Virus record (IMG/VR): IMGVR_UViG_3300049893_001204
Coordinates: 1-64,000 of that record
Origin: a virus
Length of the DNA: 64,000 nt
Direction: 5' to 3' (one strand)
Shown here: in pieces, positions 37,478-46,367 of the stretch
How positions within the stretch are numbered: the first letter of the stretch is position 1
Layout: every line of letters begins with the position of its first letter
Translations under genes and position numbers: made by a program
The notes under the pieces: generated by a model
Told to the model about the DNA's origin: nothing
The model's database searches: none
The model's input: only the letters and a program-made list of their open reading frames with translations

Positions 37478-37519
37478 CTTAAAATCACTCAAGTACGAGT
37501 TCGAATCTCGTCGCCGGCA
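37445..37519 (+). tRNA. tRNA-Leu(UAA), short variable loop
   Basis: GCCGGCG/CGCCGGC acceptor, AGTGA-CTTAAAA-TCACT anticodon arm, ACGAG-TTCGAAT-CTCGT T arm, A73. Confidence 0.9.
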
Positions 37520-37531
37520 GTCTTTCTTTTT

Positions 37532-38038
37532 ATGTTTATGAGCCAAGCTAAAGCTGCTTTAATACAAGCTTATGAAAAAGGTTATCGAGTTAAAGATAAC
37601 GTTGTTTATGGGATTGTTAAAAAGCAACCATTAAAACTCAGTTGCTCTAAGTCTGGCTATCTATTTTTTAATGTAAAGTTTGGTTCAAAAACAGTTAAAG
37701 TATTTCTGCATCGTTTAGTTGCATATGAAAAGTATCAAGACAAATTGCTTGAGCCGGGTATCTTGGTTCGACATTTAAACGGCAATAGCAAAGATAATTC
37801 ATTTGGAAATATTTGCATTGGAACTCAAACTGAAAACATGTTAGATAGAAGTCCGGAAGAACGTTTGAATCATGCTATTAAGGCATCTAGTTCTATACGT
37901 AAATTTACAAATGAGAAAGTAAATCAAATTAAACTTGACCATTCAAATGGTTTAGGTTATAAAGCTTTAATGGAAAAGTATGGCATTACTTCTAAAGGAA
38001 CCTTGCATTATATTCTTACTCATGAATATGTAACGTAA
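37532..38038 (+). CDS. HNH homing endonuclease
   Basis: SGY...VFLHRLVAY...VRHLNGNSKDN..N...GT..EN; AT-rich, next to a tRNA. Confidence 0.85.
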   Translation: MFMSQAKAALIQAYEKGYRVKDNVVYGIVKKQPLKLSCSKSGYLFFNVKFGSKTVKVFLHRLVAYEKYQDKLLEPGILVRHLNGNSKDNSFGNICIGTQTENMLDRSPEERLNHAIKASSSIRKFTNEKVNQIKLDHSNGLGYKALMEKYGITSKGTLHYILTHEYVT

Positions 38039-38041
38039 ACA

Positions 38042-38069
38042 CTGGGCATCCTTATGGTGTAAGTCCCAG
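38042..38069 (+). repeat. Structured element family A, copy 7
   Basis: CTGGG-CAT-CC-TTAT-GG-TGTAAGT-CCCAG. Confidence 0.85.
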
Positions 38070-38098
38070 CCACCAACCCACACAGCAACTTCAACATC

Positions 38099-38461
38099 AT
38101 GTCAATTTTTGCTTGCTTTAAGTACATCATTCCTGAGTTCCATGCCTTCAGTGATGAAGACAAGCGCTACAACGTAGGTGCGACATGGACTGCACAAGAT
38201 GGACTTAAGGATTACCACAACATTGAGTTGCGGTACGTCCACAACTCAGAACGTCTTGCGCTCCAAGGTGATCCACAACCTGATGGCAGCTGGCGTTATG
38301 TAGAACCCAATGGCAATGTCCATACCATCTCAGCTGATCGAGCTAAACACTTTATGGAGCAGACACAGTTGCATGCCACCATCATGGTTGAGATGCTAGA
38401 CAAGCTTAAGGAATCTGGTACAGGGCAGCCGCCCATTGACACTAGTGTCCAGCCTGCTTAA
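38099..38461 (+). CDS. Hypothetical protein
   Basis: 120 aa. Confidence 0.6.
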   Translation: MSIFACFKYIIPEFHAFSDEDKRYNVGATWTAQDGLKDYHNIELRYVHNSERLALQGDPQPDGSWRYVEPNGNVHTISADRAKHFMEQTQLHATIMVEMLDKLKESGTGQPPIDTSVQPA

Positions 38462-38482
38462 GCTACACTTGAACTGCTGACA

Positions 38483-38514
38483 GATCCCCGGCGCAAGCTG
38501 GGGTCTTTTCTTTT
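38483..38514 (+). terminator. Intrinsic terminator
   Basis: CCCCGGC-GCAA-GCTGGGG-TCTTTTCTTTT. Confidence 0.75.
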
Positions 38515-38579
38515 GATGGACACATTGCTAATCATTTTTATTATCTGTGGTATTTCATTTATTGTTGTTTCTGTAGTTT

Positions 38580-38930
38580 ATGACTGACCCAAACGAAGAA
38601 ACTCATCAAGGAGTTAGACCAATGACTGACATCACCCCACCGCCGGAGCTACTGGATAAGTGGGACAACTTACCAATAAGTACCCAGGAAATCTTTGTAA
38701 TTGCCGTCCAATGGGGCGCCAACCAGGAATTGGAGGCGTGCTGTGAGTGGCTTGACGATTACCTCTTGGCTCCTAAGTCAACTCAGCTTCGCGCCGCCCG
38801 CCGCCCCAAGCCACCGAGCTTGAAGGAGCAAAGCCTTGCCCTGATTGATCTCATCCAAGGCAACAAGAAATCCTGGGACCTCAGAGACTTGGATGTTGTC
38901 CGCCACGCACTGGAGCAACTCGATGCCTGA
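38580..38930 (+). CDS. Cyanophage hypothetical protein
   Basis: ITPPPEL...ELEACCEWL...LRAARRPKPPSLKEQ. Confidence 0.6.
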   Translation: MTDPNEETHQGVRPMTDITPPPELLDKWDNLPISTQEIFVIAVQWGANQELEACCEWLDDYLLAPKSTQLRAARRPKPPSLKEQSLALIDLIQGNKKSWDLRDLDVVRHALEQLDA

Positions 38931-39195
38931 CCTCTCCCCCGCCGCGCAAGCAGTGTTGGATGCCTTTGAGCGGGCTCGTGATGCCGCGCTTGATGAGGAC
39001 GACATGCTTGGTCTTGCCGCCGCCCTTATTGCGCTAGCGGATCAGGTGGTGCCGCACCAGTCAGATCCACCCAGTGGCGATGGTGAACCATGGCCTCGCG
39101 GCTACGCACTTCTTAGCGACGGATGGTGGGAACAGCGCCAAATGACACGCGCCGAGATCCTCGCCATTGCCGCCGAGCTGGAGGGTGAGCAATGA
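38923..39195 (+). CDS. Cyanophage hypothetical protein
   Basis: LSPAAQAVLDA...ALADQVVP...ILAIAAELEG. Confidence 0.6.
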   Translation: MPDLSPAAQAVLDAFERARDAALDEDDMLGLAAALIALADQVVPHQSDPPSGDGEPWPRGYALLSDGWWEQRQMTRAEILAIAAELEGEQ

Positions 39196-39557
39196 CTGAC
39201 TCAATTAATTTAGACCTTGTTGATCAAGTTGTTTCTGTAATTCCTACAGAAGCGTGGCCTGTTGTTAACACTGCATTGATTAATGCCATTGTTGATAACA
39301 TGCCATCTACTGTACTGGAGCAATTAACAAATGATCCGTGTGGGTTTGATGAAGCTCAGCATATCCTTACTAACTACTACAGTAAAGATGGGTATGAACG
39401 TGAGTTAATCATTGACTCATTTAAGATCCTTGGAGATAGTTACGTTTGTAGCATCCTTGATTCTTTAGAACTTTACAAACATGTCATTCACGAAGGGACA
39501 GGTACCTCACTGCAATCAATGCAAGACGGGGAGGATGTTAGTCAAGGAATCTCGTAA
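39192..39557 (+). CDS. Hypothetical protein
   Basis: 121 aa, ATGA coupling. Confidence 0.6.
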   Translation: MTDSINLDLVDQVVSVIPTEAWPVVNTALINAIVDNMPSTVLEQLTNDPCGFDEAQHILTNYYSKDGYERELIIDSFKILGDSYVCSILDSLELYKHVIHEGTGTSLQSMQDGEDVSQGIS

Positions 39558-39852
39558 GGTTGATTCATACATGCGACGCAGGCGCATGTGTGATCATTGT
39601 GGTTATAGAGATACCACATATGAAGTACCAATCGAATTCTTTGAACAAGCTAAAGCCAATCAACAAATTGTTGCAAAGCTAACCCAGCTTGTTACTGGTA
39701 CTGCTACCCTGCAACCACTCCCACTTCAACAGGAGATCAAATGTATTAGATGTCATTTCAATAACAGAACATCATGTTCTTTTGAGTTACCTGAGTACAA
39801 CACTCAGGATGCATTTGATTGTGTTCATTTTTCTTTGCCTTATGCCAACTAA
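39481..39852 (+). CDS. NrdR-like zinc-ribbon protein lacking the ATP cone
   Basis: CxxC...VKESR...RRRRMCxxCGYRDTTYE. Confidence 0.7.
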   Translation: MSFTKGQVPHCNQCKTGRMLVKESRKVDSYMRRRRMCDHCGYRDTTYEVPIEFFEQAKANQQIVAKLTQLVTGTATLQPLPLQQEIKCIRCHFNNRTSCSFELPEYNTQDAFDCVHFSLPYAN

Positions 39853-40141
39853 AGCTAAGTTTAAATACAGCATTGGTGATCGCGTAGCTGAACGCCCCAA
39901 GCTACGTGGTGTCTTTGCACGCACTCAAGAGACACGTGATCGCATTGCGCAGCATCGTAACCAACGCTATGGCACAGTAGTTGGCTTTGATTCCAAGCGT
40001 AATGTAGATGGTCGTACCATGCAGTTCTTAGTTATTCAGTGGGATCATTTGACATCACCAACAGCTCATGCTCAGATGCGTATTTGTCCTATTGATCAGT
40101 TACAAGAACTGACGAATCAAATCATTGTGCCTGGAGAATGA
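39842..40141 (+). CDS. Hypothetical SH3-like protein
   Basis: KYSIGDRV...YGTVVG...LVIQWD. Confidence 0.5.
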   Translation: MPTKAKFKYSIGDRVAERPKLRGVFARTQETRDRIAQHRNQRYGTVVGFDSKRNVDGRTMQFLVIQWDHLTSPTAHAQMRICPIDQLQELTNQIIVPGE

Positions 40142-40833
40142 TCATGAATGTCAAGTTGATCTGGGTAACCCCCAACGCAGAGGAGCTAATTACTTATATG
40201 GCACGTGTCAGTGCCCCAAAAAATCAGGAGAATATGGAGACTGCTCCTAAGTTGTTGCGTTATTTAATTCAACATAAGCATTGGTCTCCTTATGAGATGG
40301 CTAACATGTGTGTTGAAATTAACACAACCCGTGCAATATCTGCACAGATTATTAGACATCGCTCATTTAGTTTCCAGGAGTTTAGTGCTCGCTATGCAGA
40401 TGTCAGTGAACTAGGTTCTGCTGTCATCCCACACTTGCGTAGACAAGATCATAAGAACAGACAAAATAGTATTGATGATTTAGATACAGAGATGGTTGGT
40501 AGTTATTACCGACGTATCAGTCAACTTTTTGAGGATGCTGAACATCTCTATCGTGAGATGATAAGCACTGGTGTTGCTAAAGAGTGCGCCAGGAACATTC
40601 TGCCAATGGCAGCTCAGACTAGAATCTATATGCAAGGATCCTTGCGGTCATGGATCCATTACTTACAGCTACGTTGTGACAACGGAACTCAAGCAGAACA
40701 CCGACAAATTGCAGAAGAAATCAAACGAATCTTCTGTCAACAATTCCCAGTCACTGGAGAAGTTGCCTTCTCAGGAGAAGACAACACAACGCAACCACCT
40801 GAGGAACAACGCATTAGTCGTTTGTTTTTCTAA
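40138..40833 (+). CDS. thyX: Flavin-dependent thymidylate synthase
   Basis: HWSPYE, RHRSFSFQEFSARY, GVAKECARNILP, LRSW...Q.EHR. Confidence 0.95.
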   Translation: MIMNVKLIWVTPNAEELITYMARVSAPKNQENMETAPKLLRYLIQHKHWSPYEMANMCVEINTTRAISAQIIRHRSFSFQEFSARYADVSELGSAVIPHLRRQDHKNRQNSIDDLDTEMVGSYYRRISQLFEDAEHLYREMISTGVAKECARNILPMAAQTRIYMQGSLRSWIHYLQLRCDNGTQAEHRQIAEEIKRIFCQQFPVTGEVAFSGEDNTTQPPEEQRISRLFF

Positions 40834-40958
40834 GAGGGTGTGACCTCACGGTGATCAAGCCGCAAGGTCATTCGTTTACTAGCCAGGGGAAGCAGCAGAA
40901 ACCCTGACTCCCTCGGGACTGACGCTGCTCTTCTGCGTCCCACAACAGTCTACTTGAC

Positions 40959-40985
40959 ACGTCCTAAGCATGACGTTAAACTGCT
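40959..40985 (+). repeat. Pseudoknot family B, copy 2
   Basis: ACGTC-CTA-AGCA-T-GACGT-TAAAC-TGCT. Confidence 0.8.
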
Positions 40986-41008
40986 CCACACCAACTCACT
41001 ACAACATC

Positions 41009-41797
41009 ATGAAACTTCTTAAGTTTTCTACTGGGAACGGCAAGCTCAAGAATCGTTTGATCTTTTCGTTGCCAGCGGGTTATGCATGCCCACATGCTGG
41101 TGTATGCAAGACCTTTGCAGATCGTGTCACAGGTAACATTACTGACTTACCTCAGCACACTGGTACTACAGCGGATGAGTTCCGCTGCTTTGCTGCAATG
41201 GCAGAGACTAGGCCAACCGTACGTGATGCACGTTGGCATAACTGGGATCTGCTGCGTAATACCATCCATCTCAATGGCAATCAGTCAATGCTGATGCGTG
41301 ATCTGATTGACATGTCGTTGTTGATGGAACCAGAGAAGGAACTTGTACGCATCCATGAGAGTGGTGACTTCTGGATTGAAACCTACATGCGTGCATGGGC
41401 AATGGTTGCAGCACAGCGACCTAAGCAGAAGTTCTATGCCTATACCAAGTCTCTTGGCATGTGGTTGAACTTACGTGATCAGCTGCCATCTAACTTCTAT
41501 CTCACTGCATCTTACGGTGGTACGCTTGACTATCTCTTGCCAAAGTATCCAGATGTGTTCAAGCGTATTGCTTATGTGGTATACACAGAAGATGAAGCTA
41601 AAGAGCGTGGTCTAGAGATTGACCATGACGACAGCCATTGCTTTGGCAACAAGCCGTTTGCACTCCTTGTGCATGGCAGCCAACGCGCTGGATCAGACGC
41701 CATGAAAGCTTTGTCTCAACGTAAGAAAGACAAGGGATTCGTTGGGTACGGTAAAACATTCCAAAAAGAATCCGTACCTATTAACGTCTTTGCTTAG
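41009..41797 (+). CDS. Gene product 88 (GP88)-like protein
   Basis: GNGKL...FSLPAG.ACP.A..C...CFA...VRIHESGDF...FYAYTKS. Confidence 0.7.
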   Translation: MKLLKFSTGNGKLKNRLIFSLPAGYACPHAGVCKTFADRVTGNITDLPQHTGTTADEFRCFAAMAETRPTVRDARWHNWDLLRNTIHLNGNQSMLMRDLIDMSLLMEPEKELVRIHESGDFWIETYMRAWAMVAAQRPKQKFYAYTKSLGMWLNLRDQLPSNFYLTASYGGTLDYLLPKYPDVFKRIAYVVYTEDEAKERGLEIDHDDSHCFGNKPFALLVHGSQRAGSDAMKALSQRKKDKGFVGYGKTFQKESVPINVFA

Positions 41798-41833
41798 ACC
41801 CGCTACTATCAGTTAGTTATACCTAACTGATTA

Positions 41834-42061
41834 ATGGCTTATCTGCTGGCATGTTGGAAGTCTGGTACACCATATGGTGTCCGGGCTTCCACTGATTCTT
41901 TTGAGTTGATTCCGTTAGACTCGGAAACAGCATTAGGAAAAGTCTTTAGTCATCCGTATCGCTCAGGTGCACAAAAGATTTTGTCCTGGATCCAGCAGAA
42001 TGATCATGTCCTCAATCGTGAAGAACTCTCAATTCAAGATTGCGCCAGGTTCCAGCGATGA
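41834..42061 (+). CDS. Hypothetical protein
   Basis: 75 aa, TACTAT upstream. Confidence 0.55.
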   Translation: MAYLLACWKSGTPYGVRASTDSFELIPLDSETALGKVFSHPYRSGAQKILSWIQQNDHVLNREELSIQDCARFQR

Positions 42062-43862
42062 ACGTTGGCTCATCTTTGATTTGGAATCGGATGGGTTGTA
42101 TGACGTTGTATCCGTTATCCATTGCATTGTCATCTATGACATTGGAGCCAACCAAACTTTTACTTATGGGCCTGATTGCATTGCTATTGCTCTTGATCAT
42201 TTGGCAACCGCTGATGTTTTGATAGGGCACAACATCATCTTTTATGATCTGCCTGTTCTGCAAAAGTTGCATTCATTTGTCTGCAAAAGTCGGATTGTAG
42301 ACACACTTATTTGCACTCGATTGATCTGGCCTAAGGAGGTACTCTATGACCTTGACACAGAACAATATCCGCAGGTTCCAGAAAAGAACCGTGGATCCGC
42401 ATCACTTAAGGCTTGGGGATGGCGCTTGGCCAATCACAAGATCGACTTCAAAGACTTCAGTGAATACAGCCAAGAGATGTTGGACTACTGTGTCCAGGAT
42501 GTTGTTGTCACCCTTAGCCTTTGGCAATTCATTGTCAAACAAAACTATCCGCAAGCAGCTTACAAACTTGAACACGACTTTGCTATTGCCATTAACAAAC
42601 AAATTAGAGCAGGCATTCCTTTTGACGTTGATGCATCTCTTGATCTTGTGGATGGTCTTAGAACAAAACAAAAAGAACTCGAAGTTCATTTAAAAAAAAT
42701 CTTTCCACCTATCAAACATGAGACTACCTTTATCCCCAAGGTTAACAACTCCACGAAGGGTTACGTTAAAGGCCAAGCTTTTACTAAAGTACATTGGGAG
42801 GAATTTAATCCTGGCTCTCGTGAGCAGATTGTACAAAGGCTACAAGCAAAGTACGGATGGACCCCTGAAACAACTACGGAGAAAGGTAATCCAATTCTTA
42901 ATGACGATATACTTGCGGCACTTCCATATCCCGAGGCAATTCAGTTATCCGAATACATGTTGGTTAAGAAGCGTCTTGGCCAAATAGCAGATGGTCGTAA
43001 CGCATGGCTCAAGCTTGTTAACAATGACACTGGTCGTATGCATGGTGATCTAGTAACCAATGGTTGCATCACAGGTCGTTGTGCTCACCGCAACCCAAAC
43101 ATGGGTCAAGTACCAGCAAGCTATTCACCTTATGGTCATGAGTGCCGTAGTTTGTTCCATGCCCCGCAAGGTTGGGATCTTATTGGTATTGATGCCAAAG
43201 CATTGGAGCTGCGTTGTTTAGCTGGTTATCTTGCCCTCTGGGATGATGGTGAGTATGCATCAATGGTTATTAATCCAGAAGTAGATATCCATAGCTATAA
43301 CCAAGAGCAATTTGGTGTAGCAACCAGGGACATAAGCAAACGTCTTTTATATGGGCTTCTATACGGGTGTGGTGCAATTAAAGCAGGTACTATCATCAAT
43401 GCAGAAGAGAAAGATCCTGAGGTACTTGCAACTTTAGGGCGTAATGCTATCGATGGTTTTATGCGTGGTGTACCAGCACTGAAAAAGCTTAAACAAAAGA
43501 TTGAAGAGACTATTGGAACTCGTGGTTATCTTATTGGTCTTGATGGTCGCACTCTACATTGTCGTTCCGCTTTTAAAGGATTGAATGTTTTGTTGCAATC
43601 CAGTGGTGCAATCATCATGAAACAAGTTGTAATTAATATGCACAACAACATTGAACAAAACCTGGCTTTACCACATGGTCAGGAGTGGGAACAAATGCTT
43701 ATGATCCATGACGAAGTCCAGTTGGCATGCAAGCCTGAGCACACAGAACACATCCGTGAACAAGCATTGCAAGCCTTCCCCCAAGCAGGTGCGTTCTTTG
43801 GATTTAAATGTACAATTGAAGGCGACTCCCGCGTTGGCAAGACGTGGGCTGATACACATTAA
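42000..43862 (+). CDS. polA: DNA polymerase family A (T7-like) with 3'-5' exonuclease
   Basis: FDLESDG, GHNIIFYD, YCVQDV exonuclease motifs; TGR...PN, DAKALELR, R..SK.LLYG.LYG, IHDEVQ. Confidence 0.95.
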   Translation: MIMSSIVKNSQFKIAPGSSDERWLIFDLESDGLYDVVSVIHCIVIYDIGANQTFTYGPDCIAIALDHLATADVLIGHNIIFYDLPVLQKLHSFVCKSRIVDTLICTRLIWPKEVLYDLDTEQYPQVPEKNRGSASLKAWGWRLANHKIDFKDFSEYSQEMLDYCVQDVVVTLSLWQFIVKQNYPQAAYKLEHDFAIAINKQIRAGIPFDVDASLDLVDGLRTKQKELEVHLKKIFPPIKHETTFIPKVNNSTKGYVKGQAFTKVHWEEFNPGSREQIVQRLQAKYGWTPETTTEKGNPILNDDILAALPYPEAIQLSEYMLVKKRLGQIADGRNAWLKLVNNDTGRMHGDLVTNGCITGRCAHRNPNMGQVPASYSPYGHECRSLFHAPQGWDLIGIDAKALELRCLAGYLALWDDGEYASMVINPEVDIHSYNQEQFGVATRDISKRLLYGLLYGCGAIKAGTIINAEEKDPEVLATLGRNAIDGFMRGVPALKKLKQKIEETIGTRGYLIGLDGRTLHCRSAFKGLNVLLQSSGAIIMKQVVINMHNNIEQNLALPHGQEWEQMLMIHDEVQLACKPEHTEHIREQALQAFPQAGAFFGFKCTIEGDSRVGKTWADTH

Positions 43863-43864
43863 CC

Positions 43865-44020
43865 ATGTACTTACTTGTAAAATTACTTAACGAATTACTT
43901 ACTCTTGGTGTTTATTCAACATTGATTAAATGTGCATTTGACTTTACTTGGTATCAAGGATTTGCTCTTGGTTATTTGTTTTGGATTTTACGTGATGCCT
44001 GTAAAAATCCCAACAAATGA
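43865..44020 (+). CDS. Small membrane protein (51 aa)
   Basis: MYLLVKLLNELLTLG...; fills the gap before element B3. Confidence 0.45.
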   Translation: MYLLVKLLNELLTLGVYSTLIKCAFDFTWYQGFALGYLFWILRDACKNPNK

Positions 44021-44025
44021 TTATT

Positions 44026-44052
44026 CGTCCCAGGTATGACGTTAAACTGCCT
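44026..44052 (+). repeat. Pseudoknot family B, copy 3
   Basis: CGTC-CC-AGGTA-T-GACG-TTAAAC-TGCCT. Confidence 0.8.
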
Positions 44053-44073
44053 TAACACCTTGCATCTGTACTC

Positions 44074-44889
44074 ATGAACTTTGCTTCTGTCTGCGCTCAA
44101 ACTAACGAAACTCCACGGGAAGTATTTATTAGTGCAACAGCTACAGCTATCCGCTGTTCGGTAACATTGCCTCCTGTTGGCAAGAAAGCTCCTACTGTAC
44201 TTGAACTCAATGTATATGGAAAAAACGCAGAGCGTTTTGTCCAAGCACCCAAAGGATCCCTCATCTACATTCACGGCGCCAAGCTACGTCACGATCTTGA
44301 CACCAAAACGTTTTTGTTACATGGAGGAATTATTGCTCCGGTTACGGAACAATTCCCGATCTTTAATACAATCATCTTGAGTGGTCGTTGTATTAAAGAC
44401 ATTGACCACGATGACGCACGTGCATTTCGTACAACACCAGATGGTTTGATGATTTGCAATCAAACACTATCTGTTAGCACTGGTCGCAATCAAGCTGATC
44501 TCTTCAACTTCTTTGCGATGAACAATGCACAGGACAAACTTAACAATGCCGAATTGTTAGTTAACTTCACACGCAAGGGAACTGGTCTAACCATTAACGG
44601 TCGCCTTGTAACAGATACATGGATTGACCGTGAAACAAAAGAAAAGAAATCTCAGACCAAGATCCAGCTGGTTAATATGACCCTGGCTCCCAAGGGATCT
44701 GTTGAACCGCAGCCAATTACACCGCAAACCACCGTTGCCTCTACTGAGAATGTTGCCACGCTTTGGGGTGGCCGCACTGCTGACGAAACTCCTGATCCCT
44801 GGAACAAAGCCTCAGGTGGTGGTCTGCCTGATCTCCCTGGACACTATGGCCCTGCTCCAACTGAAATCGATGAAGAGGTTCCGTTCTGA
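44074..44889 (+). CDS. ssb: Single-stranded DNA-binding protein, tandem OB folds
   Basis: Two SSB-like repeats (VYGKNAE..KGSLIYI; NTIILSGR..RKGTGLTINGRL.TDTW.D) and an EEVPF tail. Confidence 0.8.
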   Translation: MNFASVCAQTNETPREVFISATATAIRCSVTLPPVGKKAPTVLELNVYGKNAERFVQAPKGSLIYIHGAKLRHDLDTKTFLLHGGIIAPVTEQFPIFNTIILSGRCIKDIDHDDARAFRTTPDGLMICNQTLSVSTGRNQADLFNFFAMNNAQDKLNNAELLVNFTRKGTGLTINGRLVTDTWIDRETKEKKSQTKIQLVNMTLAPKGSVEPQPITPQTTVASTENVATLWGGRTADETPDPWNKASGGGLPDLPGHYGPAPTEIDEEVPF

Positions 44890-45209
44890 TGTCTGATCAC
44901 ACTCCTGTCAAGCCACTGAAAAGTGAGTTTTGTTTTCTACATGAAGACTCAGATGGTACTGAAACCATTGTTAAGTTTGACCAGGTTTTTACCGACAAGA
45001 TCATTGAGAACTTCATTCAGTTCTTAAGGGGTTGCGGTCACCATGACATTTGTATTTACACTGCATTGCAATTTTTTGCAGAAGAATACTTTCAATCCAT
45101 GGAGTCTATGGATCTTGTAGAGATCCATGAAGATAACAAAGAAATGTTAAAAGACCTTAGAAAGAAAAAGAAGAAGGGAGTTAAGCAAGAAGCTGATGAC
45201 TTAAACTGA
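44889..45209 (+). CDS. Hypothetical protein
   Basis: IIENFIQFLRGCG. Confidence 0.6.
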   Translation: MSDHTPVKPLKSEFCFLHEDSDGTETIVKFDQVFTDKIIENFIQFLRGCGHHDICIYTALQFFAEEYFQSMESMDLVEIHEDNKEMLKDLRKKKKKGVKQEADDLN

Positions 45210-45214
45210 TGGCC

Positions 45215-45242
45215 CGTCCTGGGATGACGTTAAACTCATCCA
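45215..45242 (+). repeat. Pseudoknot family B, copy 4
   Basis: CGTC-C-TGGGA-T-GACG-TTAAAC-TCATCCA, second stem bulged. Confidence 0.7.
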
Positions 45243-45263
45243 CTAACCCACTCGGAACTGACC

Positions 45264-46367
45264 ATGACTTCAACTCCGATTGACATCTTGAGTGATTCCT
45301 GGATGGATGAAATCCAACCTGAAACAACTTCTGCACCACTCCCTGCTTCTACCAACAAAATGACCATGAAGAAAACCTCTTCCCTTGCCAAGCGTGACAT
45401 TGCTTCTTTCCAAATTTTCCAATCTAAGGAATTTGTTTCTGGGTACCAGAACCTCGTCACAATTCAACCTCTTAACAAGTCCAAGACACGAGGTTGGTTC
45501 GTGCGGAAGTCAGACCTGGACACTTGCGGATGGAGTGCCACTGAAAGTGACTTTGCTACAGGTTCAGTTATCTGGAACTACAAGCAAACTTTTGGCATGG
45601 CTCCCAACACTTCAGTGGAAGAAGGACTCAATTTTACTGAGCCTCGTATTCAAATCCTTCTACGTTCTCCCCTCATGGTTGAGGAAACCACAGGGATGAG
45701 GCAAACGATTGGTACGTTTGATAACCCTGAGGTTAAGGAATTGTTTGAAGCCGATAAGGTTGCATCTGATCTTGCCGGCAGCAAAGGTGAGCTGTACAAG
45801 CGCAAGTACAGTGTGCGGACCAAATACCTGATCTACCTGCTGACCAAAGACAACAAGCGTGCCCATAATATTCCTATGGTGCTGACGCTGAAAGGTCTTA
45901 ATGGTACAGATGTATCTGATAAGGTACGTATCTATGAGCGTGAGATGTCTAAGTGTCTGAGCAAAGCTCTGGATACTGAGATTCCTCTGAGCTTCAATGA
46001 GAAGTTCTATGCCACTACAGTGTTCTCTCCTGTGTTGGCTAATGAGATGCGTGGTGCTAACAACGTAGAGATCTGCGCTGTTGAATCATTTGACATTCCT
46101 GATTACAGCACACAAGAAGATGCGATTGAATCTTTGAATCGTTTGTCGATTCCAGATGAAGATCGTGAATCAACTTGGAAGTACCAGGAACTGTTCTTTG
46201 ATTACATCAACATCCATGCCAAGCAGGATGCACAGAAACTGGGTGGTGCCTATGGTATGAAAGATGGTGTAGAAGTATTGCCTGCTTCTCGTACCACAGA
46301 TGCCATTGAGGTTAAGGCATTGCCTTCTCGTAACCCCATCACTGGTGAGGATTCTGATCTGAGCTAA
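45264..46367 (+). CDS. Replication/recombination-region protein (DUF5895-like?)
   Basis: 367 aa, near ssb and gp157; RTKYLIYLL..DNK..H.IP.VLTLKG. Confidence 0.45.
   Translation: MTSTPIDILSDSWMDEIQPETTSAPLPASTNKMTMKKTSSLAKRDIASFQIFQSKEFVSGYQNLVTIQPLNKSKTRGWFVRKSDLDTCGWSATESDFATGSVIWNYKQTFGMAPNTSVEEGLNFTEPRIQILLRSPLMVEETTGMRQTIGTFDNPEVKELFEADKVASDLAGSKGELYKRKYSVRTKYLIYLLTKDNKRAHNIPMVLTLKGLNGTDVSDKVRIYEREMSKCLSKALDTEIPLSFNEKFYATTVFSPVLANEMRGANNVEICAVESFDIPDYSTQEDAIESLNRLSIPDEDRESTWKYQELFFDYINIHAKQDAQKLGGAYGMKDGVEVLPASRTTDAIEVKALPSRNPITGEDSDLS

Noticed and set aside
40873-40897. GTTTAC..CCAGG-GGAAGCAGC resemblance to SRP RNA domain IV
   Set aside because: The apical stem and GNRA tetraloop are missing, and AGCAGC pairs better downstream.
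43866-43902. TTACTT repeats as iterons
   Set aside because: They encode Leu-Leu pairs in a small membrane ORF.
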